64,000 nt of DNA from Minisyncoccota bacterium. Its GTDB lineage: Bacteria; Patescibacteriota; Minisyncoccia; UBA6257; XYB1-36-10. Under the pieces are notes generated by a model, which was given only the letters and a program-made list of their open reading frames with translations, had not been told where the DNA came from and did not search any database. The stretch is taken from contig JBAZJH010000001.1 in the NCBI GenBank assembly GCA_041651415.1, positions 151,713-215,712 on the forward strand, written 5' to 3'. Every line of letters starts with the position of its first letter. Positions within the stretch are counted from its first letter, which is position 1. The position numbers were made by a program, and so were the translations under genes. This document shows, piece after piece, positions 35,636 to 45,395 of the stretch.

Positions 35636-37051
35636 ATGCATACGCACGACGGAGCTTTTTATATTTCGGTCTTAGCTTTAACAGGAATTTTTGCCGGAAC
35701 AGTTTTAAGAGTCTCTGATTTTTTTGTTCTGGCCGGCATTTGCCTTTTGGCTTTTTTAACTTTATTTATCGCTTTTTTAACCAAAGAAAAAAAGTTTTGG
35801 GCGGTTTTAGCGGCGCTCCTTTTTTTCTTTTTTTTCGGATTTTTATACGGACAAAATTTTGTTTTAAAAAGCGCGGGAAAATATCCGGAATTCAATAAGG
35901 CCAAAACTTATTTTTCTGGACAAGCGGAAGGAGAGCCGATTTTCAAGGGAAAATCTCTGGCGTTTTATTTAACATTGGAAAAACCATATCAAGGCAAAAT
36001 AAAAATATATACGGATATTTTTTCGGAGATAAAAAAAGGAGACAAAGTTTCTTTTTCAGGAATAGTTAAAACAACAGAATACGGCGAAGTTGTTTCCTTT
36101 TTTCCAAAAATAGAAAAAAGAGAAGAAGGAAAAACGGGAATTTTAAGCGGGTTTAGAGAAAAAATTATTTCCGGATTAAAGATGTTTTTGCCGGAAAAAG
36201 AAGCGGCGCTCGCCTCGGGACTCACGCTCGGCGACCGAAAGAATTTTAGCGAAGAGTTTAAAAATAATTTAAGCAAAAGCGGAACAACGCATATCGTGGC
36301 TTTGTCGGGATACAATATCACGATTATCGTTATGGCAGCCGGTTTGGTTTTCGGATATTTTTTTAAAAAAGGAATCGCTTTTTTCTTTTCTCTTATTTTA
36401 ATTATTATTTTTACAATTATGGTCGGCGGGGAACCGTCAATCGTGAGAGCGGCCATTATGGGAGGAATAGCGCTATTTGCCGCAAAAACAGAGAGATTAT
36501 ATTCAGCGAGAAACGCGATAGCGATTTCAGCTCTGTTGATGGCAATTTTTAATCCGCTTTCTTTGAAAGAACCAGGATTCCAGCTTTCGTTCTTTTCTTT
36601 AATCGGTATTGTTTATTTTCTGCCGGCAATTAAAAATTTTCTGCCGGCCTATTTTTCTGCTCCGTCTTTTTTGAATTGGAAGGAAAATCTTTTAACGACT
36701 ATGGCGGCGCAGATGGCGGTTTTGCCTCTTGTTTTTTATTATTTCGGCGCTTTTTCAATTTTGTCTTTTTTGTCGAATATCTTAATTCTGGAATTCGTGC
36801 CATACGCCATGCTTTTTTCTTTTTTCACCGGATTTTTCAGCTTATTTTCAAATTTCGGAGAATTCGCTTCTTGGGTTTTTTCTTTTCCGGCTTATTTTAT
36901 TTTAAAATACCAAATAAGCGTGATAGATTTTTTTGCGGAGAAAAGCTGGCTTATAAAAATGGAAGATTTTGGGATAACAGCGACAATCGTTTTTTATGCC
37001 CTGATATTTTTAATAGTTTACGTCTTTTATAATAGAGAAAATGATAGATAA
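35636..37051 (+). CDS. comEC: ComEC/Rec2 competence channel (membrane domain)
   Basis: GTTHIVALSGYN, SIVRAAIM, GFQLSF. Confidence 0.92.
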   Translation: MHTHDGAFYISVLALTGIFAGTVLRVSDFFVLAGICLLAFLTLFIAFLTKEKKFWAVLAALLFFFFFGFLYGQNFVLKSAGKYPEFNKAKTYFSGQAEGEPIFKGKSLAFYLTLEKPYQGKIKIYTDIFSEIKKGDKVSFSGIVKTTEYGEVVSFFPKIEKREEGKTGILSGFREKIISGLKMFLPEKEAALASGLTLGDRKNFSEEFKNNLSKSGTTHIVALSGYNITIIVMAAGLVFGYFFKKGIAFFFSLILIIIFTIMVGGEPSIVRAAIMGGIALFAAKTERLYSARNAIAISALLMAIFNPLSLKEPGFQLSFFSLIGIVYFLPAIKNFLPAYFSAPSFLNWKENLLTTMAAQMAVLPLVFYYFGAFSILSFLSNILILEFVPYAMLFSFFTGFFSLFSNFGEFASWVFSFPAYFILKYQISVIDFFAEKSWLIKMEDFGITATIVFYALIFLIVYVFYNRENDR

Positions 37052-37904
37052 AAAAGTTATTTTTATTTTAGCGGCAGCGATTCTTTTAAATGGATTTTTT
37101 TACGCTTATATTTTAGCGAACGGAAAAGAAAAAACAGCGGTTTATTTTTTAGATGTGGGACAAGGGGACGCAGAGATGGCGATTCTGCCGGGAAGCCGAA
37201 CGGCAAGATTTTTGATAGACGGAGGGCCGGATAGAAGCGTTCTGGAAGAGCTTTCCAAAATAATGCCGTTTTTTTCAAAAAGGATTGATTTAATTTCCAT
37301 TTCCCATCCGCAAGAAGACCATATGGGAGGAATTTCTTATGTTGCGGAGAGTTTTAAAACGGGAGGGTTTGTTTCGAGCGGGGAAATAGGAAAAGGCGAA
37401 GCATGGGAAAAGTTAGAGAGAGCTTTAGAAAAAAATAAAACAAATATAATAAATCTGGCGGCGGGCGATAAAATAAAATATGGAGAAAACGAGATATTGG
37501 TTTTAAATCCGGAGACAGGAAAAAAAACGGATATGAACGAAAGCTCTCTTGTTTTGTTATTAAAAAATCCAAAGATGAATGTTCTTTTCACAGGAGATAT
37601 CGGAAAAAAAACGGAAGAAAAAATAGTTGCTGATTTAAGAAAAAACGGAGAGGCAGAAGAAATTGATGTTTTGAAAGTGGCGCACCATGGGTCAAAAAAT
37701 TCAAGCGGAGAAGATTTTATCGCAGCCTTAAAGCCGAAAGTGAGCGTAATTGAAGTCGGAAAAAACAGCTACGGACATCCGACAAAAGAAGTTCTAAACC
37801 GCCTAGCGGAAATAAGAAGCTTGATTTTCAGAACGGATAAAAAGGGAACAATGAAAGTAGAAGCGGGAGAAGATAATAAAATAAAGGTTTATGAAATCGA
37901 ATAA
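37041..37904 (+). CDS. ComEC-associated metallo-beta-lactamase-fold protein
   Basis: DVGQGDA, SHPQEDHMGG, FTGD, LKVAHHGS, YGHP. Confidence 0.92.
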   Translation: MIDKKVIFILAAAILLNGFFYAYILANGKEKTAVYFLDVGQGDAEMAILPGSRTARFLIDGGPDRSVLEELSKIMPFFSKRIDLISISHPQEDHMGGISYVAESFKTGGFVSSGEIGKGEAWEKLERALEKNKTNIINLAAGDKIKYGENEILVLNPETGKKTDMNESSLVLLLKNPKMNVLFTGDIGKKTEEKIVADLRKNGEAEEIDVLKVAHHGSKNSSGEDFIAALKPKVSVIEVGKNSYGHPTKEVLNRLAEIRSLIFRTDKKGTMKVEAGEDNKIKVYEIE

Positions 37905-37950
37905 TTTTTTTTTCTTGATAATAAAAAGCGGTTGATTTATTATTTTAGGA

Positions 37951-39339
37951 ATGAGAACGCTTATAAAAGACATAGTTAAGAAAGAAGGGGAGGAGGTGGA
38001 ACTTTCCGGGTGGGTGGCGGTGAGGCGGGACCACGGGAAGCTTATTTTTATAGATTTGAGAGACAGAAGCGAAATGACGCAAGTTGTTTTTTTACCTAGC
38101 AATGCCGAAGCGCATAAAATGGCGGAAGAAATCAGGCCGGAATGGGTGGTTAAAATAAAAGGAAAAGTGAATCGCCGGCCGGAAAATATGGTGAATAAAG
38201 AAATGACGACTGGAGAATTTGAAATAGAAGCTTTAGAAATTGAAATCTTAAATAAAGCGGAAACACCCCCGATTGAAATAGAAAGCGACGGGTATGAGAT
38301 TGGGGAAGAAGTGAGAATGAAATACCGCTATTTGGATTTGCGGAGAAACAGGTTGCAGAAAAATATCCGAAAGAGAGCGAGAATTATGTCTTTTATCAGA
38401 GGGTTTTTGGAGAAAAACGATTTTGTGGAAATAGAAACGCCGATTTTAACCAAATCCACTCCGGAGGGAGCAAGGGATTATTTAGTGCCTTCGAGAGTAA
38501 GCCCGGGGAAATTTTACGCTTTGCCGCAATCGCCGCAGCAATATAAACAGCTTTTGATGGTGGGGGGGATGGAAAGATATTTTCAGATGGCAAAATGTTT
38601 CCGCGATGAGGACACAAGAGGCGATAGGCAGCCGGAATTCACCCAGCTTGATATGGAAATGAGCTTTGTCGAAATGAAAAACGTGATGAAATTGAATGAA
38701 AAATTATTAGTGGAAATAATAGAAGAGTTTTATCCGGAGAAAAAAATTCAGGAAAAGCCGTTTCCGATAATCACTTATAAAGAGGCAATGGAAAAATACG
38801 GCACGGACCGGCCGGATTTAAGGAAAGATAAAAATGATTCGAATTTGCTTGCTTTTTGCTGGGTAATAGATTTTCCATTTTTTGAAAAAACGGAAGAAGG
38901 AGGGTGGACTTTTACGCATAATCCTTTCTCGGCGCCGAAACCGGAATTTATGGAAGATTTAATAAGTAAAAGAAATATTGGAGATATTTTGACGACGCAA
39001 TATGATGTGGCTTTAAACGGAATCGAAGTCGGGGGGGGAAGCATTAGAAATCACAAGCCGGAAGCGCTGCTTTCGACTTTAGAAATAATGGGAATAAATA
39101 AAGAAAAAGCGGAAAAAAATTTCGGGCACATGCTTCAAGCCTTTAAATATGGAACGCCGCCGCACGGCGGAATTGCCTGGGGGCTGGACAGATTCATAAT
39201 GCTTTTAGAAGGAGAGCCGAATATTCGCGAAGTGATGGCTTTCCCGAAAACGGGAGACGGGAGAGACTTAATGATGGAAGCTCCATCAGAAGCGGATGAG
39301 AAACAACTAAAAGAACTAAAAATAAAGTTTGAGAAATAA
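37951..39339 (+). CDS. aspS: Aspartate--tRNA ligase (short form without GAD insert)
   Basis: RRDHGKLIFIDLRD, STPEGARDY, LPQSPQ, FRDED, PPHGGIAWGLDR. Confidence 0.95.
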   Translation: MRTLIKDIVKKEGEEVELSGWVAVRRDHGKLIFIDLRDRSEMTQVVFLPSNAEAHKMAEEIRPEWVVKIKGKVNRRPENMVNKEMTTGEFEIEALEIEILNKAETPPIEIESDGYEIGEEVRMKYRYLDLRRNRLQKNIRKRARIMSFIRGFLEKNDFVEIETPILTKSTPEGARDYLVPSRVSPGKFYALPQSPQQYKQLLMVGGMERYFQMAKCFRDEDTRGDRQPEFTQLDMEMSFVEMKNVMKLNEKLLVEIIEEFYPEKKIQEKPFPIITYKEAMEKYGTDRPDLRKDKNDSNLLAFCWVIDFPFFEKTEEGGWTFTHNPFSAPKPEFMEDLISKRNIGDILTTQYDVALNGIEVGGGSIRNHKPEALLSTLEIMGINKEKAEKNFGHMLQAFKYGTPPHGGIAWGLDRFIMLLEGEPNIREVMAFPKTGDGRDLMMEAPSEADEKQLKELKIKFEK

Positions 39340-39374
39340 AACACTATTGTGTTATAATAAACATAGAGTAAAAA

Positions 39375-39548
39375 ATGTCTTTAAAAAATTTACATAGGGA
39401 TTTTGTTTCTAAGGAAGAACGGCGTTTTAAATTTGTCATAGGAAAAACCTTAGCTTCTTCTTTAACGGGATTTGTAGCCGGAGTAGTTTTTGCTTCTATT
39501 TTTTGGGGAGCTGTTCTTTATGTTTATTTTTTAGAAGCGGCTTTATAA
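39375..39548 (+). CDS. Small membrane protein (57 aa)
   Basis: MSLKNLHRDFVSKEERRFKFVIGKTLASSLTGFVAGVVFASIFWG...; TGtTATAAT upstream. Confidence 0.65.
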   Translation: MSLKNLHRDFVSKEERRFKFVIGKTLASSLTGFVAGVVFASIFWGAVLYVYFLEAAL

Positions 39549-39607
39549 AAACCCAACGGTTCCAAAGCTGTGGATATCGCTTATTTTAAAAGTGCTATAA
39601 TAAAAGT

Positions 39608-39733
39608 GATCCCGCTCGCAGGAAGGTTACGGATCAAATAGCTTATAAAGGGAGGCCAGGTTAGAAAGTTCCGTGGAATTTTTTACCAGTCACCCACTTG
39701 AATTTAAGCCGATAACCTCTTTAAAGCGGGGTT
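39608..39733 (+). ncRNA. ssrS: Probable 6S RNA (short)
   Basis: TGcTATAAT promoter; rod-like fold (CCCGCT/AGCGGG, AGGTTA/TAACCT, GCTTA/TAAGC, terminal hairpin) with internal bubbles; downstream of aspS as in Firmicutes. Confidence 0.55.
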
Positions 39734-39772
39734 TTTGTTGAAAAAAAAGGCGAAAAAGAGCAGAATTTAAAG

Positions 39773-40051
39773 ATGGAATGGAAAAAAGTATTTTTAATAA
39801 TCGTTTTATCTCTGCTTTTGTTTTTCGTGGGAGGAGAAGCGATAAAAGATTATCTGGAATATAAGAAAGACTTCAGAGAAGCGGAAAAGTTAAAAGCCGA
39901 TATGAGTGTTCTAAAAAAAGAAAATGAAGAATTAGAAAAAGATATAGAGTATTTTAACGACCCTTATAATCTGGAAAAAGAATTGAAATCAAAATTCAAT
40001 TATAAAAGAGAAGGAGAAAAAATGATGATAATTGTGCCGGATGAACAATAA
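39773..40051 (+). CDS. Septum formation initiator (FtsB/DivIC-like)
   Basis: TM + coiled coil + LEKELKSKFNYKREGE motif. Confidence 0.85.
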   Translation: MEWKKVFLIIVLSLLLFFVGGEAIKDYLEYKKDFREAEKLKADMSVLKKENEELEKDIEYFNDPYNLEKELKSKFNYKREGEKMMIIVPDEQ

Positions 40052-40056
40052 AAAAA

Positions 40057-40127
40057 GCGGGTGTCGTATAATGGCAGTACGCAACCTTCCCAAGGTTGAA
40101 GCGTGGGTCCGATTCCCATCATCCGCT
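40057..40127 (+). tRNA. tRNA-Gly(CCC)
   Basis: GCGGGTG/CATCCGC acceptor; CAACC-TT-CCC-AA-GGTTG anticodon arm. Confidence 0.93.
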
Positions 40128-40178
40128 CACGGAACAATCGCTTTCAAATTTTCAAAAAAGTAAAAAAAAATAAATACG

Positions 40179-40218
40179 CATAGCATCATTAGGTACATAT
40201 GTACCTAATGATGCTATG
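40179..40218. repeat. 40-bp perfect palindrome with GGTACATATGTACC core
   Basis: CATAGCATCATTAGGTACAT|ATGTACCTAATGATGCTATG. Confidence 0.9.
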
Positions 40219-40290
40219 GATAAAATAGAAAATAAAAAGGCCTTTTCCGCAATACGCGGAAAAGGCCAAAATAGAGGTAAAGGAGATAAA

Positions 40291-40464
40291 TTAATAAATC
40301 GAATTTTTTGTTTTGCGATTATTTTTTTTTTCATTCCGACCGAAGCCAATTTGGCTTCGTTCGAATTCAACTAGTTTTTGATAAAAACTGGCAAGCCAAG
40401 CAAACGGATGTTTGGAAATGCTTATCAAAACTAACAATACGCAAATAATAAAAAGTTCCGTCAT
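40291..40464 (-). CDS. Small hypothetical membrane protein (57 aa, ORFan cassette)
   Basis: MTELFIICVLLVLISISKHPFAWL...; AAAAAGGAG SD; TTGACA-17-TATGAT promoter at 40503-40531. Confidence 0.6.
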   Translation of the reverse strand: MTELFIICVLLVLISISKHPFAWLASFYQKLVEFERSQIGFGRNEKKNNRKTKNSIY

Positions 40465-40532
40465 GGTCATTCTCCTTTTTATTTGTTTTTATACTGATTG
40501 AAATCATAGATTATTTATTTTATAGTGTCAAC

Positions 40533-40859
40533 ATGGCGAACGCAAAGTTTATCAAAAACAAAGAAAATTTCAAATGCGGAAATTGCGGGTTTGAGGTTTC
40601 GGGAGACGGCTACACCAATCATTGCCCAAAGTGCTTATATAGCTTGCATGTTGATATAAATCCCGGAGACAGAGCTTCTGAGTGTAAAGGAATGATGCGA
40701 CCGGAAAAGATAGAGAAAAAAGGAGAAAATTATATCATTATCCATAAATGCGAAAAGTGCGGAAAAGAAAAAAGAAACAAAATAAGAAAAGAAGATAATT
40801 TTGAAAAAATTGTAGAAGTGGTTAAAATAGCTAATAATAATGAAAATAAGCCGAAGTAG
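40533..40859 (+). CDS. RNHCP-domain zinc-binding protein
   Basis: FKCGNCG, YTNHCPKCLYSLHVD..PGDR...C.G.M, HKCEKCG. Confidence 0.9.
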   Translation: MANAKFIKNKENFKCGNCGFEVSGDGYTNHCPKCLYSLHVDINPGDRASECKGMMRPEKIEKKGENYIIIHKCEKCGKEKRNKIRKEDNFEKIVEVVKIANNNENKPK

Positions 40860-40922
40860 CTCAGCTGGTAGAGCAATGCTTTCGTAAAGCAGAGGTCGTG
40901 GGTTCGATTCCCACCTTCGGCT
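40850..40922 (+). tRNA. tRNA-Thr(CGT)
   Basis: GCCGAAG/CTTCGGC acceptor; CGT anticodon; GGTTCGATTCC; overlaps last 10 nt of RNHCP ORF. Confidence 0.95.
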
Positions 40923-40944
40923 CAGGAGAAATAAAAAATTTGGC

Positions 40945-40985
40945 TGTTCCGACAAAAAGTCGGAATGCTCAAATTTAAAATAAAT
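40945..40985 (+). repeat. TCCGAC-loop-GTCGGA hairpin repeat (other copies ~54691-54726, 58182-58221)
   Basis: TGTTCCGAC-N4/5-GTCGGAATRCTCAAATTTAAAATAAAT shared with 58182-58221. Confidence 0.75.
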
Positions 40986-41015
40986 CTTTCAAGTAAAATT
41001 CATATAAATTTGGCG

Positions 41016-42101
41016 ATGACGGAAAAAGAATTAAAAAACGGAATAGAAGAATTATCATTTTCCTTGGAAAAATTAGGAGAAAATCTTTTTATCGAAAATA
41101 AAAAAAATGAACTTTCCAAAATAGAAGAAGAACTTCAAAGTCCCGATATCTGGAAAGACAGGGAAAAAGCGGAAAATCTATCAAGGGAAGCGTCGGAACT
41201 GGAAGAAACAATAAAGGATTTTGGAGATTTAAAAGAAAAAATTCCTTTATTTTCAGAAAATCCCAATGAAGAATATTTTTTTGAACTGAAAAGAAAATTC
41301 AAAAAATTGGAAATAAAAACTTTTTTTCGCGGGCCTTATGACAAGGGTAACGCTATTTTTTCCATTTTTTCCGGCGCCGGCGGACAAGACGCGGCGGATT
41401 TTGCCGGAATGCTTTTTGAAATGTATGCGAGCTACGCCCGAAAAAAAGGATTTTCAATTTCGGTGATAGATGAAAGCTTAGACGATTTCCAATCAAAAAC
41501 CGGACGAAAACCCTTGAAATCATTAACCGCGGAAATAAGAGGGAATTATGCTTACGGGTTTTTAAAAGGAGAAGCGGGAGTACACCGCTTGGTCAGAATT
41601 TCGCCTTTCTCGCCAAAGAAATTAAGACACACTTCTTTTGCGCTGGTGGAAATTCTGCCGGTGTTTCCAAAAATTGAAGAGGAGAAAATAAAAGTTCCGG
41701 AAGAGGATTTGAAAATCGATTTATTCCGGTCGTCCGGTCCCGGCGGACAGAATGTAAATAAAGTGGAAACGGCGGTGCGGATAACGCACTTGCCGACAGG
41801 CATAACAGTTTCAAGCCAAGTGGAAAGATCGCAAACGCAAAATAGGGAACGGGCAATGTCGCTTTTAAAAGCCAAATTGATTCGTTTAATGGAAGAGAGG
41901 CAAGTAAAAGAAATAACGGAATTAAGAACTAAGGAAAAACCGGAATGGGGAAGCCAAATCAGGTCTTATGTTCTCCACCCTTATAAATTAGTTAAAGACC
42001 ATCGAACAGAATTTGAAACAAGCCAAACAGAAAATGTTTTGGAAGGAAATCTGGACGGATTTATCGAGGCAGAGCTGATTAATGACATCGCAAGTCATTA
42101 G
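41016..42101 (+). CDS. prfB: Peptide chain release factor 2 (no programmed frameshift)
   Basis: GVHRLVRISPF (SPF), RHTSFA, GPGGQNVNK, WGSQIRSY. Confidence 0.95.
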   Translation: MTEKELKNGIEELSFSLEKLGENLFIENKKNELSKIEEELQSPDIWKDREKAENLSREASELEETIKDFGDLKEKIPLFSENPNEEYFFELKRKFKKLEIKTFFRGPYDKGNAIFSIFSGAGGQDAADFAGMLFEMYASYARKKGFSISVIDESLDDFQSKTGRKPLKSLTAEIRGNYAYGFLKGEAGVHRLVRISPFSPKKLRHTSFALVEILPVFPKIEEEKIKVPEEDLKIDLFRSSGPGGQNVNKVETAVRITHLPTGITVSSQVERSQTQNRERAMSLLKAKLIRLMEERQVKEITELRTKEKPEWGSQIRSYVLHPYKLVKDHRTEFETSQTENVLEGNLDGFIEAELINDIASH

Positions 42102-42186
42102 TTTGATAAAAGCTGAAAAACGGAGTATCTTTTGAAAAGAATTTTAAAAGATCTTACTAGATAGCAAGACAAGAAGGGAGAAGAAA

Positions 42187-42423
42187 ATGCTATGTTTGCT
42201 GATTCTTTTTTCATTTTTAATCGGCGGAGTTTATTTGATTTGGGTTCAAGAAATGAGATTGGAAAAAATGGGAAAGGGAGGCGACAGTAGGGGAAATTAT
42301 GAGAAGGCAATAAACACGCCAAGAGAAGCTTTTTTTGTTGCTTTGTTTATTTTTCTTATTGGACTACTGATAATGTTTTTGCTTCATTATTACGGCATTA
42401 AGGTAGGACTATATGATGCATAG
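42187..42423 (+). CDS. Small 2-TM hypothetical protein (ORFan cassette)
   Basis: GAAGGGAG SD; TTGATA-17-TATCTT promoter; terminator AGCGGCT..AGCCGCT-T run ~42446-42469. Confidence 0.65.
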   Translation: MLCLLILFSFLIGGVYLIWVQEMRLEKMGKGGDSRGNYEKAINTPREAFFVALFIFLIGLLIMFLLHYYGIKVGLYDA

Positions 42424-42515
42424 AATATATTTATTTTATTTAAAACAGCGGCTCTAGCCGCTTTTTTTTAATTTAATTTGATTAAGTTATCCCTTTTTTG
42501 CTATAATGACGAAAC

Positions 42516-43205
42516 ATGATTGCTTTTCAAAACGTTTCCAAAGTTTATGAAAATCATTCGGCTTCCACGGCGTTAAACGGCGTCACTTTTAAGATAGAGC
42601 CGAATGAGTTTGTTTCTTTAGTCGGCAGGTCCGGAGCGGGAAAGTCCACAATTATAAAAATGCTGATTGGGGAAGAACGGCCAACTAAAGGCAGAGTTAT
42701 TTTCGGTTCTTACGAAGTTAATAAACTAAAGAATCACGAGCTGCCTTTTTTGCGGCGTCATATCGGAGTGGTTTTTCAGGATTTCCGTCTTTTGCCGCAT
42801 AAGAACGCTTATGAAAATGTAGCTTTCGCTTTAGAGGTAGCCGGCTCGCCTCAGCAGGAAATAGACGAACTGGTGCCGCAGGTTTTAGACCTCGTGGGAC
42901 TTTCGGAAAGAATGTATAATTTTCCGCATGAGCTTTCAGGAGGAGAAAGACAAAGAGTGGCGATAGCGCGGGCAATGATTCACCGGCCGGAAGTGGTAGT
43001 GGCAGATGAGCCGACAGGCAATTTGGACCCGTTTAATACTTGGGAAATCATCAAACTGCTCGCCAAAATAAACGAGCTCGGCACGACGGTGATTTTAGCC
43101 ACGCATGACAAAGAAGTGATAAACTTTTTAAAAAGAAGAGTGATAACTATCGATAAAGGAGAAATAATCAGGGACGAAGAAAAAGGAAAATTTATTTTGG
43201 CCTAA
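42516..43205 (+). CDS. ftsE: Cell division ATP-binding protein FtsE
   Basis: GRSGAGKST, VFQDFRLL, LSGGERQR, ADEPTGNLD. Confidence 0.95.
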   Translation: MIAFQNVSKVYENHSASTALNGVTFKIEPNEFVSLVGRSGAGKSTIIKMLIGEERPTKGRVIFGSYEVNKLKNHELPFLRRHIGVVFQDFRLLPHKNAYENVAFALEVAGSPQQEIDELVPQVLDLVGLSERMYNFPHELSGGERQRVAIARAMIHRPEVVVADEPTGNLDPFNTWEIIKLLAKINELGTTVILATHDKEVINFLKRRVITIDKGEIIRDEEKGKFILA

Positions 43206-43208
43206 AAA

Positions 43209-44114
43209 ATGATTACCACAACTTTTAGAATAACCCGCTACGGGTTCAAGAATTTTTTAAGAAACGGATGGCTGTCGGTAGCCACAGTGGCAGTAATGCT
43301 TCTGGCGCTTTTCTTTTTTCTTGGCTTAATGCTTTTCAGATTTGTGACAATCTCGGCGCTTGATTCGGTAAAAGATAAAATAGACATCAGTGTTTATTTC
43401 AAAATAGAAACAGCAGAAGACGAAATGCTTCGAATCAAAGGAATTCTGGAAGATTTGAGCGAGATAAAAAGCATAGAATACGTTTCAAGAGACAAAGCGC
43501 TTTCAAATTTTAAAGAGAGGCATCAGGGAGACGCGGCGGAACAAGCCTTGAAAGAACTGGACGGAAATCCTTTTTTGGCATCCTTAAATATAAAAGCTAA
43601 CGACCCAAGCCAGTATTCCGCCATTTCTTCTTATATAGAAAACGGCTCTTTCGATGGAGTGATAGAAAAAATAACTTTCGCCCAAAATCAACTGGTGATT
43701 GAAAGATTGTCCACTATTATAAGCAACGTTAATCGGGCAGGATTGTCGCTCACAATAATTTTGGCAATTATCGCTATTTTGGTTGCCTTCAACACTATTT
43801 GGCTCGCGATGTATTCCAATCGCGAAGAAATCGGAATTATGCGGTTAGTCGGAGCTTCCAACACTTATATCAGAGGTCCTTACATTGTGGAAGGAATTAT
43901 TTACGGAATAATCGCGGCGGTTTTAAGCATTTTAATTTCCATTCCTGTGATTTTAACGATAAGTCCGTGGATGGCAAAAATCGCTTCAGAAATAAATTTA
44001 AAAGGATATTTCTTTTCCAATATTTTCAGTTTTCTGCTTTACCAAATTGTTTTCGGCGTTCTTCTTGGAGCAATTTCAAGCTTTATCGCTATTAGAAGAT
44101 ATTTAAGAGTCTAA
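43209..44114 (+). CDS. ftsX: Cell division permease FtsX
   Basis: NFLRNGWLS, FNTI, REEIGIMRLVGAS..YIRGP; follows ftsE. Confidence 0.93.
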   Translation: MITTTFRITRYGFKNFLRNGWLSVATVAVMLLALFFFLGLMLFRFVTISALDSVKDKIDISVYFKIETAEDEMLRIKGILEDLSEIKSIEYVSRDKALSNFKERHQGDAAEQALKELDGNPFLASLNIKANDPSQYSAISSYIENGSFDGVIEKITFAQNQLVIERLSTIISNVNRAGLSLTIILAIIAILVAFNTIWLAMYSNREEIGIMRLVGASNTYIRGPYIVEGIIYGIIAAVLSILISIPVILTISPWMAKIASEINLKGYFFSNIFSFLLYQIVFGVLLGAISSFIAIRRYLRV

Positions 44115-44122
44115 TTTCAGTT

Positions 44123-45334
44123 ATGTTTTCAGATAAAAAAATTTTAAAAACCGTTTTACTGGCGGTTTTGTTTTTTTCTTTATTTCTGCCGGTTTTTTCC
44201 TCGGCGCAGGAAGAAAGTCTTCCGACGATTTATCTTTTTTACAGCAAAACTTGCCCGCATTGCGCTAAAGAAATAGAATTTTTGAAATCATGGAAAGAGC
44301 AGGAATCAGGATTAAAGATAATAGCTTACGAAGTTAGCCAAAATCAGGCTAATTCCAATTTAGCTGTGAAAGTTATGGAAAAATTGGGAGGAGTGGCGTC
44401 GGGAGTGCCGGTAACGGTGGTAGGAGACAAATATATCGTCGGTTTTCACGAAGCAGAAACAACGGGCAATAAAATTAAATCGCTTGTTTTTGATTCTATG
44501 AACAGAGATGATTATCGAGATATAGTGGCGGAAATTTTGCAAGGTACAGAAGAAATTGTTATAAAACCAACGGAAGATGGAGGAAATCACGGAGAAGAAA
44601 AAATATCTTTGCCTGTTTTTGGAGAAATAAACCCAGGGGATTATTCTCTCTTTTCTTTAGCTTTTATAATCGGGGGACTGGACGGGTTTAATCCTTGCGC
44701 CAGCTGGGCGCTACTCTTCATTATTATGCTTTTAATAGGAATGAAAGACCGATTTCGAATGTGGGTTCTCGGACTTTCTTTTCTTTTTGCTTCCGCTTTA
44801 ACTTATTTTGCTTTTATGACTTTATGGTTAAATGTAATGCTTTTAATCGGTTATTCTTTTATTGTGCGATTTATAATCGGCGGAACAGCTTTTATTTCCG
44901 GAGGAGTTTATTTAAAAAAATGGAAAAATGACGGAAAGGGAGAGGTTTGCATAATAGCCAAAGAAGAAGGGAGAAGAAAATTAATCACGGAAAGTTTGAA
45001 AGAAGCCGTGAGAAGTAAAAATTTTTGGGTAGCAATTTTGGGCGTAATAGCACTTGGTGTTTTGGTAAATATTTTTGAGCTTTTCTGCTCTCTTGGATTA
45101 CCGGCAGTTTTTACAGGTTATCTTACTTCCGCTAAATTATCTTTTGGACAATATTATTTTTATCTTTTTGTTTATATTTTCGCTTATATGCTTGACGATG
45201 TGATAATTTTTGCGATAGCGATGAAAACATTAAAAATTTCTAATATAACAACCAAATACTCAAGATACCTTTATTTAATTGGAGGAATGGCTCTTCTTGT
45301 TATCGGCGGATGGATGCTTTATGGACTTTTCTAG
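44123..45334 (+). CDS. Thioredoxin/glutaredoxin domain fused to DsbD-like membrane domain
   Basis: Signal peptide, CPHC, GVP; membrane region with DGFNPCA and ELFCS. Confidence 0.85.
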   Translation: MFSDKKILKTVLLAVLFFSLFLPVFSSAQEESLPTIYLFYSKTCPHCAKEIEFLKSWKEQESGLKIIAYEVSQNQANSNLAVKVMEKLGGVASGVPVTVVGDKYIVGFHEAETTGNKIKSLVFDSMNRDDYRDIVAEILQGTEEIVIKPTEDGGNHGEEKISLPVFGEINPGDYSLFSLAFIIGGLDGFNPCASWALLFIIMLLIGMKDRFRMWVLGLSFLFASALTYFAFMTLWLNVMLLIGYSFIVRFIIGGTAFISGGVYLKKWKNDGKGEVCIIAKEEGRRKLITESLKEAVRSKNFWVAILGVIALGVLVNIFELFCSLGLPAVFTGYLTSAKLSFGQYYFYLFVYIFAYMLDDVIIFAIAMKTLKISNITTKYSRYLYLIGGMALLVIGGWMLYGLF

Positions 45335-45395
45335 AAAGAAGTTGTAGAATCCGTCATAGAAATTTAAAAAAATCTTAGCAAGAAGGAGAAAGGCG

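Noticed and set aside
35636-37904. comEC as a frameshifted pseudogene
   Set aside because: Both ORFs are intact, overlap by 11 nt, and the second has its own N-terminal TM; a naturally split arrangement is more likely
40152-40370. 72-aa minus ORF from the ORF track
   Set aside because: TTG start without SD and crosses the palindrome; the overlapping frame 40291-40464 has promoter and SD
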